Assembly: GCA_964016885.1 (NCBI GenBank)
Contig: OZ024754.1
Span: forward strand, 29,326,001 to 29,390,000
Length of the DNA: 64,000 bases
Direction: 5' to 3'
DNA from: Eledone cirrhosa
Lineage: Eukaryota
A model generated the notes under the pieces. The model worked only from the letters and a program-made list of their open reading frames with translations. It made no database searches and had not been told where the DNA came from. How positions within the stretch are numbered: position 1 is the first letter of the stretch; each line of letters begins with the position of its first letter. A program made the position numbers and the translations under genes. Of this stretch, positions 13,499 through 31,396 are shown in pieces.

Positions 13499-14212
13499 TT
13501 AGCCATCGGGCATTAACACTGGCTTAAAGTGTTTGAAAGTTGCAAAGTTCTTGTGCATGCAGTTCGGGCAGTGTTCAGAGAGTTTGTTCAGTAGCGGGCC
13601 CTTGGCGAATAAAATTTCGTAGCTCTGTGAAATACAAAGGTCGCAGCCCTTGTGTCCTCCGTTGTAAGAGCGCGCTTTCTGGAGTATTTTCCATTTAAGC
13701 GTGAAGGGGGTGGAGTTTTTTTTGAGGTCCCAAACATAGGAGGCGAGTGTTGTCTGGTTTGATTTGTCCGGTCTTCTGAAGGAGTGGGTATGGGCATACC
13801 AACGGGTCTTAAAGTTGTTGGAGGTCATGCCGATGTAAGTTTTTTTGCAATCATCGGTGCCTGAGATGACATCGCATTTGTATACGATATCATTTGTGAG
13901 GCATTTGTTTACAAGTGGGCATGCTTCCTTATTTAGGCAATTACACAGAGCCCCAGTCCGGGGATTGGGTTCGGAGGTGGTTGGCTTATTTAATTTTTTA
14001 GAATTGTGGTTGGCTATATTCCTAGCTAGGTTAGGTGTGGTGGAGTAGGAGAGTCTTATTGTGTTCTTATTAAAGATGGTGTGGTACCTATGTTGTATGG
14101 GGAAGTATAATTTCAGCAAAGTGAAGAAAATCCTAGCTATCGGAGTAGAGACCTCTCTATTGAAGGGAGGGTTGTACCAGCTAATCTGACTATGTCTATT
14201 CCTCCTCTGCAA
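13499..14212 (-). pseudogene. PLE (Naiad-type) C-terminal region: Cys-rich linker and GIY-YIG endonuclease
   Basis: WYNPPF, CNCx5CPLx3C, IVYKC..YIGMT..FKTRWYAH, CDLC, LLNK..E..CMH; joined to the RT ORF by a frameshift near 14210. Confidence 0.92.
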
Positions 14213-15505
14213 CTTGCGGTGGTTTCTAGGTATGTTATCTTTTCTTTAAATCCGCTACGGGCGAGGGCGTCATTGTAGTAGGAGGCAGATGCGTTAAAAA
14301 TATCTTTGTTGGCGGAGAGGCCAGATATTCTAATAGAGACGCTTTTTACTAGGTTATCAGTGATGTTTTGGGGGTGGTTTGAATTAACATTAATATATTT
14401 AAGGGACTCGTTAGGTTTGTGGTACGGGTAATAGAGGGAAGTATCTAGGTCGAGAGTGACATCTAAGAAGTTGGCCCTAGTCAAATTAGATTCTATAGTT
14501 ATACTAAATCCTAGATTAGAGAAGAATGAGCTTAAGTTTTTCCGAAACCCATCGGTGGTTCTGGGGTTAACCTTATGCAGGGCGAAGAGGCCGTCGTCTC
14601 GGTATAAACCTCCCGTTAGGCCGGTAAAGAGGTTCTTCGGGTGATGTAGGATGTACAGGCCCACAAGGTCGCTAATTTCAGTCGAGTCACTCGCTCCCAT
14701 GCTAACGTCAAATGGGGTCTGAGATTTCTTGTTGATCCAGTAAGATCCATCGTGGTATAGAAAGGTCTTACGAGCGTGGAGGATAACAACTTGCTCAGCA
14801 TCGGTAATGGTGGTAAAATTCCTGGCAAAGTTAATTGCGTCCTTCAGGAGGGGCTCCGATATAGAGGCATAGTAGTTTTCTATGTCGAGTTGCAGGAAGC
14901 GAGTGTGGTGTTTGTCGGGTAATTTTTGGAACCATGATATTGCCTCAGATGTTCTGCTCCAGAGTGGTAGTGGTGAGGCAGCCCGCAATGATGGTAGAAC
15001 TCTATCCAGGATCTTCTTACTGATAGAGCCGATGTCAGAACGAGTGGGGTTGATAAGTCTGACTGATGGTTTGTTGAGGAAGTTTCCCTTATGGTCCTTC
15101 GGGGTAAAGTGCGGGGTATATACCCTTAAAGGTTCGGTTCGGTCGTGTAATATAAGGGACTTGGCGATTTCTTTTCCGGCCGCGTTTGTCTCAGTCAGTG
15201 CCATCTCTATTACCTTTTTGTAGGTGGTCGTGATGGTATTTTTTGCCAGCTTATTGTAGGTCTGTGGGTCTACCTCATAAACGTTTTTGGTTTTATCGGA
15301 GGAGACATAAAGATTAGGGGATTTTTTTATATTCCGCAATTCGGCATTTAAGTAGGCCTGAAATGGTGTGGTGGATCTACGGAATTTAATATCTTTGATC
15401 ATCTTGAAGAGGTCTTCTTCAAATGGTTGGAGTAGGCTGTTGGTGGGTGGTGTCTTATTCGTTTTGAAGCCGAACTTCTCATCATTGGTAGATGCTACAT
15501 CAGGG
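14137..15505 (-). pseudogene. PLE (Naiad-type) reverse transcriptase, 5'-truncated at a TA tract
   Basis: FGFKT, DKTKNVY, KDHKGNF..RLINP, LDIENYYASI, MGASDS, GLYRDDGL, NFLDVTLDL, SNHP; ORF-track N-terminus (YIYI) is microsatellite. Confidence 0.93.
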
Positions 15506-15513
15506 TTGTCGAG

Positions 15514-15570
<57 letters not shown>

Positions 15571-15612
15571 GAGGAATATATATATATATATATATGTCAA
15601 TCACTTTCTAGT

Positions 15613-15701
<89 letters not shown>

Positions 15702-15764
15702 AAGTAATTCCGTCGGGAAAGTCCAGGAAAAAAGAGTGCTCTATGTAGGTAACAGAGCTTAATA

Positions 15765-19790
<4,026 letters not shown>

Positions 19791-19999
19791 AATGAGTTAT
19801 TTGGTTTGTTGATTATTCAACAAAGTTAATTTACAACAGATATGAAGCACTCAACGAGTTTTATCCGGAGTATCATTAATATCAATAATATCAATACATG
19901 AAAAGTATCTTTAGTACCCTTGAAATATGTATAATAAAATAAATATGGTTTTATAAAGATATTTTCGATTTATAAATATTATTGATATTATATATATGC

Positions 20000-20063
<64 letters not shown>

Positions 20064-20087
20064 TAATATACTAATATACTAATTCAA

Positions 20088-20142
20088 ACTGCCTGAAGAG
20101 GTCACAGCCAAAGATGGCTGTCACTGAAATATATATAGCAGT
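20088..20142 (+). ncRNA. Type I hammerhead ribozyme, family f
   Basis: actgc-CTGAAGA-ggtcacagcca-aaga-tggctgtcact-GAAA-tatat-ATA-gcagt. Confidence 0.88.
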
Positions 20143-20283
20143 AATAAACGAAGCTAAATTTTAATCATTTGACTTTTATTTAACTTTATTTTACACTACT
20201 CCGGAGTAACCAAACCAACCTACGCACTTCGTCGAGTGCTCCAGCCTGCATACTGAGGTGTTGGTATACAACCAACATAAACT

Positions 20284-20333
<50 letters not shown>

Positions 20334-20426
20334 CCTTCTTCCTACTATATCAAGCATTAACCTAATATATCCCTTCCATATACTGTATATGTATACGGAT
20401 TGTGTTTTTATTTCTGTTTACCTTTT

Positions 20427-20466
<40 letters not shown>

Positions 20467-21199
20467 GCAAATTAAAATGAAGAATTAGAAAGAGGACTAT
20501 CCATCATCAGTGATCTACTACCCATCATAGGTATTTATTCGTATTAGCGCGAACAATAACTAAAATAAGTTATTGGGATAAAAAGAATTGGGAGGAGAAA
20601 GAGAGACAGGTATACAAACATGAATGGTGAGGCAACGTAAAGAGAGGAAAAAATGAGAAAATCAAACAACACAGCATGCCATTTTTCAATCCTATATGCT
20701 TTCCCTTTCGCTGTGACGTGTCTTATTCTCTTCCCTTACTGCTATCGTCTATCTCGCCCTTCTCTCTCCTTCTCCCTCTTACTTTCATTCACCCTCTCTG
20801 CTAGTAACCCTCTCTCGGCTAGCCTCTTCCTCACACTTTCACTCACTCACTCTCTGCTTCTCACCTCTCTCCCACTTCCTTCATCGCACCACACCGTGCG
20901 TAATTCTTTCCTCGCTTACTTTCGCATGGTTGGGATGTGTCTCTCGTCTTCTCGTCAATATTCACAAATTCTTATATTCAAATGAATAATTGACTTGATT
21001 TTCTCATTTTTTTGCTCTCTTTACGTTGCCACACCATTCATGTTTGTTTACCTTCATCTCTTTCTCCACCCAATTCTTTTTTATCCCAAGAAATACCTAT
21101 GATGGCTAGTAGATCACTGATGATGGATAGTCCTATTTCTAATTTTACATTTTAATTTGTATATCACATTTACAACAACACAGCACGCCATTTTTCATT

Positions 21200-21203
<4 letters not shown>
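20467..21203. mobile_element. Fold-back element with two internally deleted copies of the permuted-hammerhead motif
   Basis: 20467-20665 inverted at 20995-21160; (G)AAATACC-tatgat..gatca-CTGATGA retained, cleavage-site strand missing; related to 870-1030. Confidence 0.72.
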
Positions 21204-21242
<39 letters not shown>

Positions 21243-21528
21243 CTTAATGACAAGGAATGGTATGCCATCCGGAACCTGTTTATAGAATTCTGTCTGCCCT
21301 TGTTACTCTAAAAACATAAATAAATAAAAATAAACTATAGCTTTGTAGAATTAGCTTTTAATGAATTCCCTTTTCTATCAACCAATGACCTGCACCCATC
21401 CCACTCCCCACCCTCTCCTACCACTTGTAGAGACCTATAAATACCATATTTATTTTTTGATACCCAGATTCCTGATGATTTCTAATGAATGAAACAGTTC
21501 TAGTCCTGTAGAATCTCATCTATATTAA

Positions 21529-21565
<37 letters not shown>

Positions 21566-21765
21566 CGTATATGTATATATGTATATATGTATATGTATAT
21601 ATTTATATATAGTGTAAACAAAGTTTCGTACACTTAGCATGTATATGCTACCAATAGTTTTAGGGTGCTTTTCTAGCCACCACTGTATAATGGAGGAGGC
21701 ACTTTTAAACTGGCCCTTCATTCAGGTTCGTGGACAAAAATACACACACACACACATGAATATAT

Positions 21766-21897
<132 letters not shown>

Positions 21898-21975
21898 ATA
21901 TATATTCATGTGTGTGTGTGTATTTTTGTCCATATATATATATATATATCATACATCCTTAATATATATATATCC

Positions 21976-22024
<49 letters not shown>

Positions 22025-22026
<2 letters not shown>

Positions 22027-22325
22027 AAATGAAAATCCGAAGGCAAGTTAAAATTCCAATCATTTAATCACGATACATGTTTCAATAAGAGATAGATCGA
22101 TTGTGAAGCCATGATCTATTATCACTGATCATATGAGGGAATGAATTCTGTGAGAGAACATCGTTATTTTTTATCCCTCATATCAAGAATTTGAAGACAA
22201 TTCATTTTCACCTCATGAGATCAGTGATAATAGATCATGGCTTCACAATCGATCTATCTCTTATTGAAACATGTTTCGTGATTAAATGATTGGAATTTTA
22301 CCTTGCCTTCGGATTTTCATTTTGA
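22025..22325. repeat. Fold-back inverted repeat (probable PLE terminus)
   Basis: Arms ~22025-22137/22213-22325; only the 3' half of a hammerhead (GAAAC-at-GTA) recognisable. Confidence 0.75.
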
Positions 22326-22462
22326 TACTTATACTCCGTTTTGCGTCATCTAGCTGTTCCCTTAATGGAATTGGAGATATACAAAAGCATGGAGAACTTA
22401 ATATTGCTAACATAAAGTTATTGGACCATTTTACACAACCAATAATGCACCTTACTATATTC

Positions 22463-22513
<51 letters not shown>

Positions 22514-22516
22514 TAA

Positions 22517-22695
22517 TCGTAAGGTTGTGAGTTCGATTCCTGGACCAGGCGATGCGTTATGTCCTTGAGCAAGACACTTTATTTCACGTTGCTCCTTCTA
22601 CCTGGAGTTGCGACCGATAGATAGTATTAGCAATTGGAAAGACCAACGGAAACATTGTTTCCTCGGTCCGATTTGACGAAAGTCGATCGTTCCTT
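22517..22695 (+). mobile_element. tRNA-derived SINE, family 2
   Basis: B box gagttcgattcc then gtccttgagcaagacacttt core; fuller copy 47668-47880 (-) with A box tggctgagtgg; degenerate copies ~2150-2270, 43300-43410. Confidence 0.75.
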
Positions 22696-22713
22696 ATATA
22701 TATATATATATAC

Positions 22714-23325
22714 AATTAAGTTAAAAATGTACATCCACATATGTATACTGAAATACTAGTATGCATATGAATACACACACGTATACAAATGTAGATGTAC
22801 CGAGTTCTTCACTGGTCACTTTACTGTGAGTGTCCAGCTATTCTGTATGTAAACACACAGACAAACCGGTTTTTAGAGTCATACTGGTTTTTGAGGAAAC
22901 ACCTTTCCTCTATTCTCCAGAAAGCCAGACAAGGAATATTGAACTAGTTTCGTTGTTGTTACAACTCATCAGCAATATTTACCTATCTTCCGGCCTTTCT
23001 AGAGAATCGTAAAAGCACATATCGTTATATGCTTTTTCTATGAAAATTAGTAGTGGGCAGACTAATTTGCATAGAGCGTGAGTACGTACCGGTTCAACGG
23101 AGACGATAAAAACAAATAACGAAACAAAATTAAAAGGTGTTTCCTCAAAAACCAGTATGACTCTAAAAACCGGTTTGTCTGTGTGTTTACATACAGAATA
23201 GCTGGACACTCACAGTAAAGTGACCAGTGAAGAACTCGGTACATCTACATATGTATACGTGTGTGTATTCATATGCATACTAGTATTTCAGTATACATAT
23301 GTGGATGTACATTTTTAACTTAATT
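22714..23325. repeat. Fold-back inverted repeat, ~190 bp near-identical arms
   Basis: 22714-22906 is the reverse complement of 23135-23325; bounded by TA tracts. Confidence 0.85.
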
Positions 23326-23431
23326 GTTTAAGCGTCAGTCATACAAAAGTGAGTTACAAACGAAACGAAATTTAATTTTGTTTCGTTATTTGTTTTTATA
23401 TATATATATATATATATATAAATATATGTAC

Positions 23432-23528
<97 letters not shown>

Positions 23529-24879
23529 TTTGCGTGTGAGTGTAAATAGAATTTAGCGTATGGTTAATGACCTATAGTAGTAATTTAAAAAAACCCCGTG
23601 CTTGAAGTAAAGAAAAATCCTGGTTTTTATGGACACCGTTATCAGTTGGCGATTTCTGTAAATATTTAACACTGTATTTTTGTCTCGATTAAATGTCAGC
23701 ACCTTGGGATGCATAATAGCTGACACGTATCGATTATATTGATCTGAACTTGGAAGTTATGTTACATGATCACGCATTAAACGTTGAACACGTCCTTAGG
23801 AAAGAACTTTCAAATCATTAATGATAAAAATTGAATAATCTGAACGTAGAAGATTGGAATAACAACAGAAGCTGATCTGTTTTATGTAAGGAAGTAAAAG
23901 GATGGTAAGAGAAATCAAAGAATGTAAGAATTGAATTTGTCTGTCTAGAAACTTCTGTCAGTTTTAGTTACAAAAATAATTCTTTTACTCTGCTATTTTA
24001 CTTTTTAATTCTTTTTCTACTTTTTGTCATTAGACAGCGACCATGCTGTGACACCGCCTTGATAAGATTCAATCAATCACATGAATCCCAGTACTTTCTT
24101 TTCAAGATTGGAAATAATTTTAACGACCACATTTCAACAGTGCTAAATTACGAGACATAAACAAACAGTGCCCTGCATGTATATTTCAAAACCTGTTAGA
24201 GTCCATTTCTCTCCCGGTTTCAACACACAGATAGAGGAATAGAGGGGGGTGGGGGTAAGACAGAGAGGAAGAATCGGTTCCAATACTGGACCGGAACTTT
24301 ATTTGTCAATCCTGAAAAGATAAAAACAAACTTGTCCTCGGTGCGATTCGAACTCAGTATGCAAAGAACCGAAATGAATAATTCTATTCAAGGCTCTAAA
24401 GACTCTGTCACCTCAGCCACTATATAGTTAGAATGATATAGAACAAACTGTTTTGTTCTATGCTATTGTGTTATCTCACGAGGTCGGCAGAGTCCACTGA
24501 ATTCCAAGCTAATATTCATGATAGAAAAGTCAACTGAAAACAATGAACAAGGAATTCAATAATCAATTATACAGTACAATCGTTGATCATAGAATGTTGT
24601 GATTTACTCTATTGTTTGTTAAATATTTAGAGAGATGTATGTTCGGGACACTTAGCAGTAAATATGTCTGACAAACGGATGTAAATTAGCTGCTCGTAAT
24701 TCAGTATGAACCATCGTTCTTCCGGATGAGGAGGTCATATTGATTCAGTTACTTTAACTACAGCCTTGTTATTTATACAATTTACACATATGTACACACC
24801 ACCCACATGTACGTGCATACAAATATGCATATATACATACATACACTCATACATACATATATATATATATATACATGTC

Positions 24880-25760
24880 AATGACCTAACTGTCGCACCG
24901 ATATATGACGAAGACTGCTACATATACCTGGGGATAGATGAGAGAATATATCCTATAGTGGTATTTGTAATAAGGAACGAGCAACCAGGGAATATTACAC
25001 CCGATTAAGAAAAATATGGGCATCAGAACTCCCTGCGCACAATATAACAATGGCTCAAAATTTGTTTGCTGTGCCTGTCCAAACACCAACGTTTGGAATG
25101 CTCGTTTGGGCGATAGACGAAATCCGAGCAATTGATGTTAAAACTCGAAAAATTCTAAACAACACCGGAAACTTCTACATCAACAAAGACATAGACTTGA
25201 AACGTAAGCAGTGAGGCAGAGGACTAACATCAGTCCAAACAGCATTTGAATGTTGCATCATACCCCTCCTACAACATTTACGAACCTGAAAACGCAGGAG
25301 CCCATCTATTGAGCAAGTCTATCTATCTGCATGAAACAGATAAGATCATGAGAGTTGGGAAGGAATTCCTTGAAAGATACTCCCTGCATGATAATTAAAA
25401 CCTCACACCCAGGGAAATTGCCCAGCAGTACCGCAGTGAATCCATGGATGAAAAACTGCATGCTTATCAGCAAAAAATCATGTATGGATATGTCTACAAA
25501 AAATCCACAGTGAGCGTAATATCGATAAACAAAGTAGTCTATCTTGGACCAACAACCGCTATATTGACTCCCACTTTGAAGGATATGTTTTTGTAATCCA
25601 TGAACAGGAAATCAAAACAAAATACCTGATTCACAAAAGAGATAGGGATGCAGGAAAAACAACTAGATGTGACAAGTGCAGACTCTGCAGAATTAACATC
25701 GAAGATGTCACCCATGTCATAAGCAGCTGTCGAAATATGTCATTGCGGTACTATCTGCAC
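24880..25760 (+). pseudogene. Decayed R4/Dong-like (RLE-type) non-LTR retrotransposon, post-RT region
   Basis: Manual translation: YIYLGIDE, IWASEL..FAVPV.TPTFG..IDVKTRKIL, GRGLTSV, HEQEIKTKY, KCRLC..EDVTHVISSC (CCHC); stops and frameshifts. Confidence 0.8.
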
Positions 25761-25769
25761 AGGGTATCT

Positions 25770-27520
25770 TTGAAATGGGTATGTTTGGCCAATTATGGTT
25801 TTTTTCAACTATCTTAATATTTAATATGAGCTTGACTAGGGCCTTTCTAAATCTATAAGCTAGTTCACCTCAAGGGGTTGTATTTACGAATATCACACTC
25901 TGGTATATATTGCTATCATATTATGAGTTTATTTTATTTGCCTTATTCCTAATTCTTTCTATTCTGTTCCAACATTTGCTCCTATACATGGGGAAAGTTC
26001 CATTTGCATCATTTTCTGCAATCTTTGCCCATTTGGTTCTGATTCCTTCATATATCCTGATCTTGTCTCTTTAATTGAAGCCAGAGAACTGCATGCGGTA
26101 GATGAAGTGATGTATGTGTATCTCTAATTCTTTGGGGTTCCACATGCGAGACATGTTCCTCATCACTCTTACTAAGTCCGCGATCAGTATGTTGCTTTTT
26201 ATGTGGTCCGAAACAGCTGAGCTTTGGGGGGGTCAGGTATTTGGAGGTCATGGGTTTGGCATAATGCGAATGGAGGATTTGCGTTCTATTACTAATAGTT
26301 TCCAACCAGAGTTCTGTGTCTAGTACAGGTAATCTATGGTTGGGGTGTTTAGTTGGGTAGTCTATAGTAACTTTAATACTCTGGTGGATGAAGTTAGCAA
26401 TTTGCTAGATGGTTTCCATGGTGTTCTTCTCTAATTCCTGACTGTCATCTATGTAGTGGGAGTTCATAATCAGGGTTATAAAATTGTCGTCTAAGTGTTC
26501 CTTAAGTCTTCTGTCTCACCATAACATAAAGAGGTTAGCTATGTCACCTGCAATGCTAACTCCAATGGTTACCCCCTCCTCTTGGGCACATGTTTTGCCA
26601 TTAGATTTGAACATCTGTTCCTTAAGGGTTAATTGTATACTGGCCCCACCACATGTGCGACCATCGTATTTAATTCATCATGGTGTTCGGTGGTCCATAT
26701 GGTCCACCCGCTACTCTTTCTGTGCGGGTCTTCTAGGCCATTGAGGTAATGGTGGGTGGTCTGCCTCTTTCTGGCCTTGTGGGGCAGAGACTGCTGAGAT
26801 TATGTGTGTCTAGGAATTCTTTATTGTATATGAGTTTAAGTAGGAGTCCTAGCTCACTGGTATTAATCCTACGGAAATCCACATCCACCACGCTGATCAT
26901 TTCTATGCATTGTTCAACAGTAAAATCAACATTAATGGATGGGTATAGGGACACTACAGCCATGCTACCTATTGTACAGCTTGTTAGGTCCCTAGATAGG
27001 TTGCATTCACTGATTCTGCTGAGGAAAACCTCCGTGTTGTTGCATATATCTGGGGATATTTAAATGAAAAGGTGTATGATCAGGGAGAGGAAGTAGGAGA
27101 GTGGAATAGCAACATCACAAGTAGTAATTAAGGACAAAATGAAGACATACACACACACACAAAAACCAAACTAACAAAACAAATCAGACACACACACATA
27201 CAATAAACAACACATTGGTGATAAATAAATAAACACATAATAAATAAATGAAAACACATACACCCGAATGTAACGCATGCGCAAACAAAGCACACAGCAC
27301 ACAAAAACAAGATGGTGTAGGACAGAACAAAAGAGAGACACACAAAATAAAAACCTAGTTACTGAGGAGGTCACAGAACGTGTGACGAAAGAGCTTTGAT
27401 AGTATACAAAAAAACTTCCGGGTATCGAACCAACCAAACGGAAATTTATAATAAATTGAAGTGAAAACCAGCAGGTGCGTGTGTTTCTATTGAAAACATG
27501 ACACTCACAAAGTATAACAA
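25770..27520 (-). mobile_element. Decayed non-Naiad PLE RT with inverted terminal repeat at its 5' side
   Basis: VVSLYPSI, GVTIGVSIAGDIANLFM, HYIDD, HYAKPMTS on minus; 27100-27520 is the family c terminus in opposite orientation. Confidence 0.78.
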
Positions 27521-27587
27521 TAGCGGTTTCAACATGCGCTTTCAGATAAGAAATCTCGCAAAACAAATTCAAAAACGAATTATATAT

Positions 27588-27627
<40 letters not shown>

Positions 27628-27873
27628 CTTTCTTTATTAACCACAAAGGTTTACATAAAGTAGACATTAAGGACAGTACAGGACAATACAGGACGGTACA
27701 AATGGGCATTTCTGCGTGTAAAAAAAAACAGAGAATGTAATAAAAAATAACAATGAAAAATTCCCCAATAGGGGGTAGACTTCTGAGGGACATTTGTGGG
27801 GAAAGCCCATTAAAAGGCCACAGTGACCCTGACCACCAGGGAAAGTGCCCTCTCCCAGTTTTCCACCTTTAAT

Positions 27874-29208
27874 TTACAGACACATACTCAGAGTAGGCCC
27901 ATTCACTCGGGCCATACTTGCTTCTCTCACCCATCTTTCAACAAAATGCTGGGAAGAGAGCACTTCCCTCTCTACCCTGATTTTCCTTTTCAAATGAAAT
28001 TTGAAAAAGTTAATCAGGGCATCACCGAAGAGGTAAGTGCTCGTCTTCAGCCCTTTCAAACGTGTCCACCATACTATCTCTTTCGCCATGGCCACCAGAC
28101 AGATAAAAACTGCCTGCCCTTCCCGGCTAAAGGAAGAGGGCGGCGCAATCCTCACGATGGACTCAGCTGATAGCTGGATCCGTCCTACACGTGACAGCAG
28201 GTGTTCGACATAAATCCACAAGTCAGCAATTTTCGGACACTGGACGAGTGCGTGCAGGACGGTTTCGTCGCCCTGCGCGCATCTCGGACATGCCTGTCTG
28301 ACGGCAGCTCCATGCCTGTAGAGTTTATCCCGAACTGGCAAAGCTCCTCGGTAGCACTGCCAGGACAAGGATTTCTGGAAGTTGTCCATAGGCCCCGGCC
28401 CGAAAGTCCTTCCGAAGAGATTGGCTAGTTGATTTTCGTCGACGCCTAAATTTTCTCCAAGTACTTCGTCGCTCTTCCCCTCCACTAATCCTCTATAGAA
28501 CGCCAAGGTGGAGTTTCCACCGATCACATTTCCCGATTGATCGAGGGCTGTGAGCGCCTGAAGACATTCCAGTCTCCAAGCGCTCCCTCTCGGTCTTCGC
28601 TTGACCCAGGACTGCAGCTCCGTCAAGGAGACGAGCTGGGGAAAGACGTTTCTACCAAACGGCGACCACACCTGATCACCGTCGAGGAAGAGGTGGAGAT
28701 GTCGTAGCCTGAGCGCGTGTCTGCGCATCATCAGCCACGGCATTCCCAGCCATCCACGTAGCGGGTGTTGATAGCAGATAGACCGCCTGACCATCGGAGC
28801 GCGTCCCTTCAACAAAAAGCGAAAGAGTAAACGCTCCAGCGCAGTCAGGCGGGGCTTAGGACAAGGTACGACGGTCAGGCGGTAGTAGATGACGGACGCG
28901 ATGTACGCGTTAGCCACCTCCGCTCGACCTTTCAGGGATAGCTTCCTCTCCGCCCATTTCTGGGTGAGGGAAGTCACCTCGTCCCAGTTTTTGTCCGTCT
29001 GGAGGTCCGGACCGAACCAGACCCCTAGCAATTTAAGCCGTCCGTCCGCCCAGCGCCCGACGACGCTGTTGGACGGCATGGACCTGCCTCTCCAGGTGCC
29101 GAGCTGCAGGCCCACTGACTTTTCCTGGTTGATCATTGCTCCTGTCACCTGCTTCCATGACGACCCCAAGTTACGCGCATTTATGCTGCCTATTCTGAGT
29201 GAGGTCAT
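27874..29208 (-). pseudogene. LINE ORF2 with in-frame deletion of most endonuclease and RT
   Basis: APE start SLRIGSINARNL joined after ~20 aa to post-RT INQEKS..LKLLGVWF..LSLKGR..GWLGMP and C-terminal CPRC..ETVLHALVQC; no YADD-type motif. Confidence 0.88.
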
Positions 29209-29239
29209 GTTGAAATGGAGTGGAAAAGATGGGGAAGAC

Positions 29240-31396
29240 CACTTACGTTACCTCTCGTAGAGGAAGGACGGTTTCTCCATCATTTTCACTGGTTGTGGCC
29301 TCCTCGGGAAGGATGTCCTTATAAATCCTCCTGGAGAGTGCTTGTCGGAAGTCTCCGATGTCTTTGGGGAATTTTTGTTTTAGTGTCATGTACGTTTTCT
29401 GTGTGATGCGAGTGATTTGTATGTGTGGAGGTGGTGTTAACTTTTGGGTTGTTGTGTAGTCTTTTTCTGTTGTGTTGGATGTAGTGTAATAATTGGTTGT
29501 TGTTCAAATTTAATTGTTTCTACTTTTTGGCACAAGGCCAGCAATTATCTCAGTACATTACTGGTGTTTTATTTTATCGACCCCGTAAGGATGAAAGGCA
29601 AAGTTAACCTCGGCGGGAATTGAACTCAGATCGTAAAGGTTGTTGTTCAAATTTAATGCTGTGTAGTGTGTATCGTTTTGGTTGTTTCGTTTTGTTTGCA
29701 TTTGTTGTGGGTTTGTTTCTGTTTCCCTTTTTGGTGACTTTTGTGGTGTTGGTGATGGTGGTGTTGGGGCTTATAGATGGTGATGGTGTTGATGTTTGTG
29801 GTGATGGGGTTGGTGATGCTGGTGTGGATGGTGACATATCTGTCCTAACTTTTTTGTTTGATAGTTTATTTGTTTCCGCCTGTATTTGGTTTTTGGAGGG
29901 GGAAGGAAGAGAATATTTTTCTTTTTTGGTTTCTTTTTTTCTTTTTTCCTGAAACCGTTTCCCACTCCTCGTCGTCACAATCTGTCTCCAGTTGTGATAG
30001 GCCGGGGAGTGGAAAGTCCTCCACAGCCGTTAGTTTTGGTTGTGGCGTGGTGGATGGTGTAGGCACTGGTGCTAGTTCTGGCGCGTTGGGTGGTGGTGGT
30101 GTTGGTTTTGTTACTGTTGCTGGGGTTGTTGCTGTTACAGTTGCTTCTGTTGTTGCTGCTACAGTTGTTGCTGCCATCTCTGCTGCTGGTGGTGTTGATG
30201 GTTGAGTCACTGGGGTGGGTAGGAGAGGTGGCCTCAACCTTTTAGCCTGAGGGCAGAAAGCCCTTAGGTGGGTTCCTTCACCACAAACGACACACCTAGG
30301 CCTTCTACCCTCGACAATTACGGTGAGGTGGCTGCCGTCAGTGAGGTCTATTACCTCTGGGATCTCCTCAATGCTTTTTTTGTCCGCTTGGATCAGGAGC
30401 TCCATCCCAGATCCGGACCAGTTCTCCTGCTTTTCTTTCGCTATTTCGATTATCTTGGTGTTGGCTTCGATGCCGGCGGTGACGGCAGCTATTAGCCAGG
30501 GAATTTCAATGGCCGGTGGAACGTGGGTAACCCTGATCTTTACGAGTCTCTGGCCACAATAGCTTGGGACGAGTGTGAAGTTGTCACTTCTTAATGGGGC
30601 CATGGAGTGTTCTCTAGCCTCCTGTGGTGTTTCAAAGAACACGTCCACGGTTCCATACTTCTGCCCACGTCTGATGTGGGTTTTTTTTTGCCCACACATG
30701 TCCCAAAGCTTTTTGGATTTGTGACTCGGATGCTCGTGCCACTCGGCGCGATTTAATATTAATTGTTCGATAAGACACGGTGCATAGGCGCCGATGCTCC
30801 ATTTTATTAGGTGTGAGTGCGTGTGTTGGGGGGGGGAGGCTGACCCTGTACCCATCTTTCTTTACCATTTTTTTGGCTTCTTCTAATTCTTCCTGAGTTA
30901 CCTGAAATGCTTCGTACTGTTTTGCTACTCTGGCAAAAGTCAGGGTAGTTTTCTTAATTTCATTGTTGCTGTTGTTATCGTTATTTTTGTTATTGTTAAT
31001 TTTAGTTTCAGTTGTGGTGGTGGTGGCGTCAGTGGTGTCCGGTGTGGAAGAGTTCATTTTGGTTGAATTCATTTCGATATCACGAGTTAATTTATTTTTT
31101 TCTTTTGTTTCTGTTGTCGCTGTGGTGGTGGTGGTGGGTGTTTTCGCTGTGGTGGTGGTGGTGGGTGTTGCCGCTGTGGTGGTGGTGGGGGGGGGGGGGG
31201 TTGTCGCTGTGGTGGGGGTGGCGGCTTTAACACCTGCAGTCATTGGTAATGGCGGGAAATGAAAGTCTGGCTGAGACAAATTTAAAATATTGCTACTGCT
31301 TATATTTTTAGTGTTGGCAAACGTAGAAATATTTACAATGGTGGTGTCGGTCTGAGGTGTTAGTTTGTGAGGAAGGTGTGACACTGAGTCAGCCAT
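29240..31396 (-). pseudogene. LINE ORF1 (gag-like zinc knuckle), frameshifted and SINE-interrupted
   Basis: ORFs 30632-31396, 29866-30855, 29604-29978; CVVCGEGTHLRAFC = CX2CX4HX4C; frameshifts near homopolymer runs. Confidence 0.8.
29515..29637 (-). mobile_element. Truncated SINE family 1 inside LINE ORF1, 20 bp TSD
   Basis: ggttgttgttcaaatttaat at 29495-29514 and 29638-29657. Confidence 0.9.
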
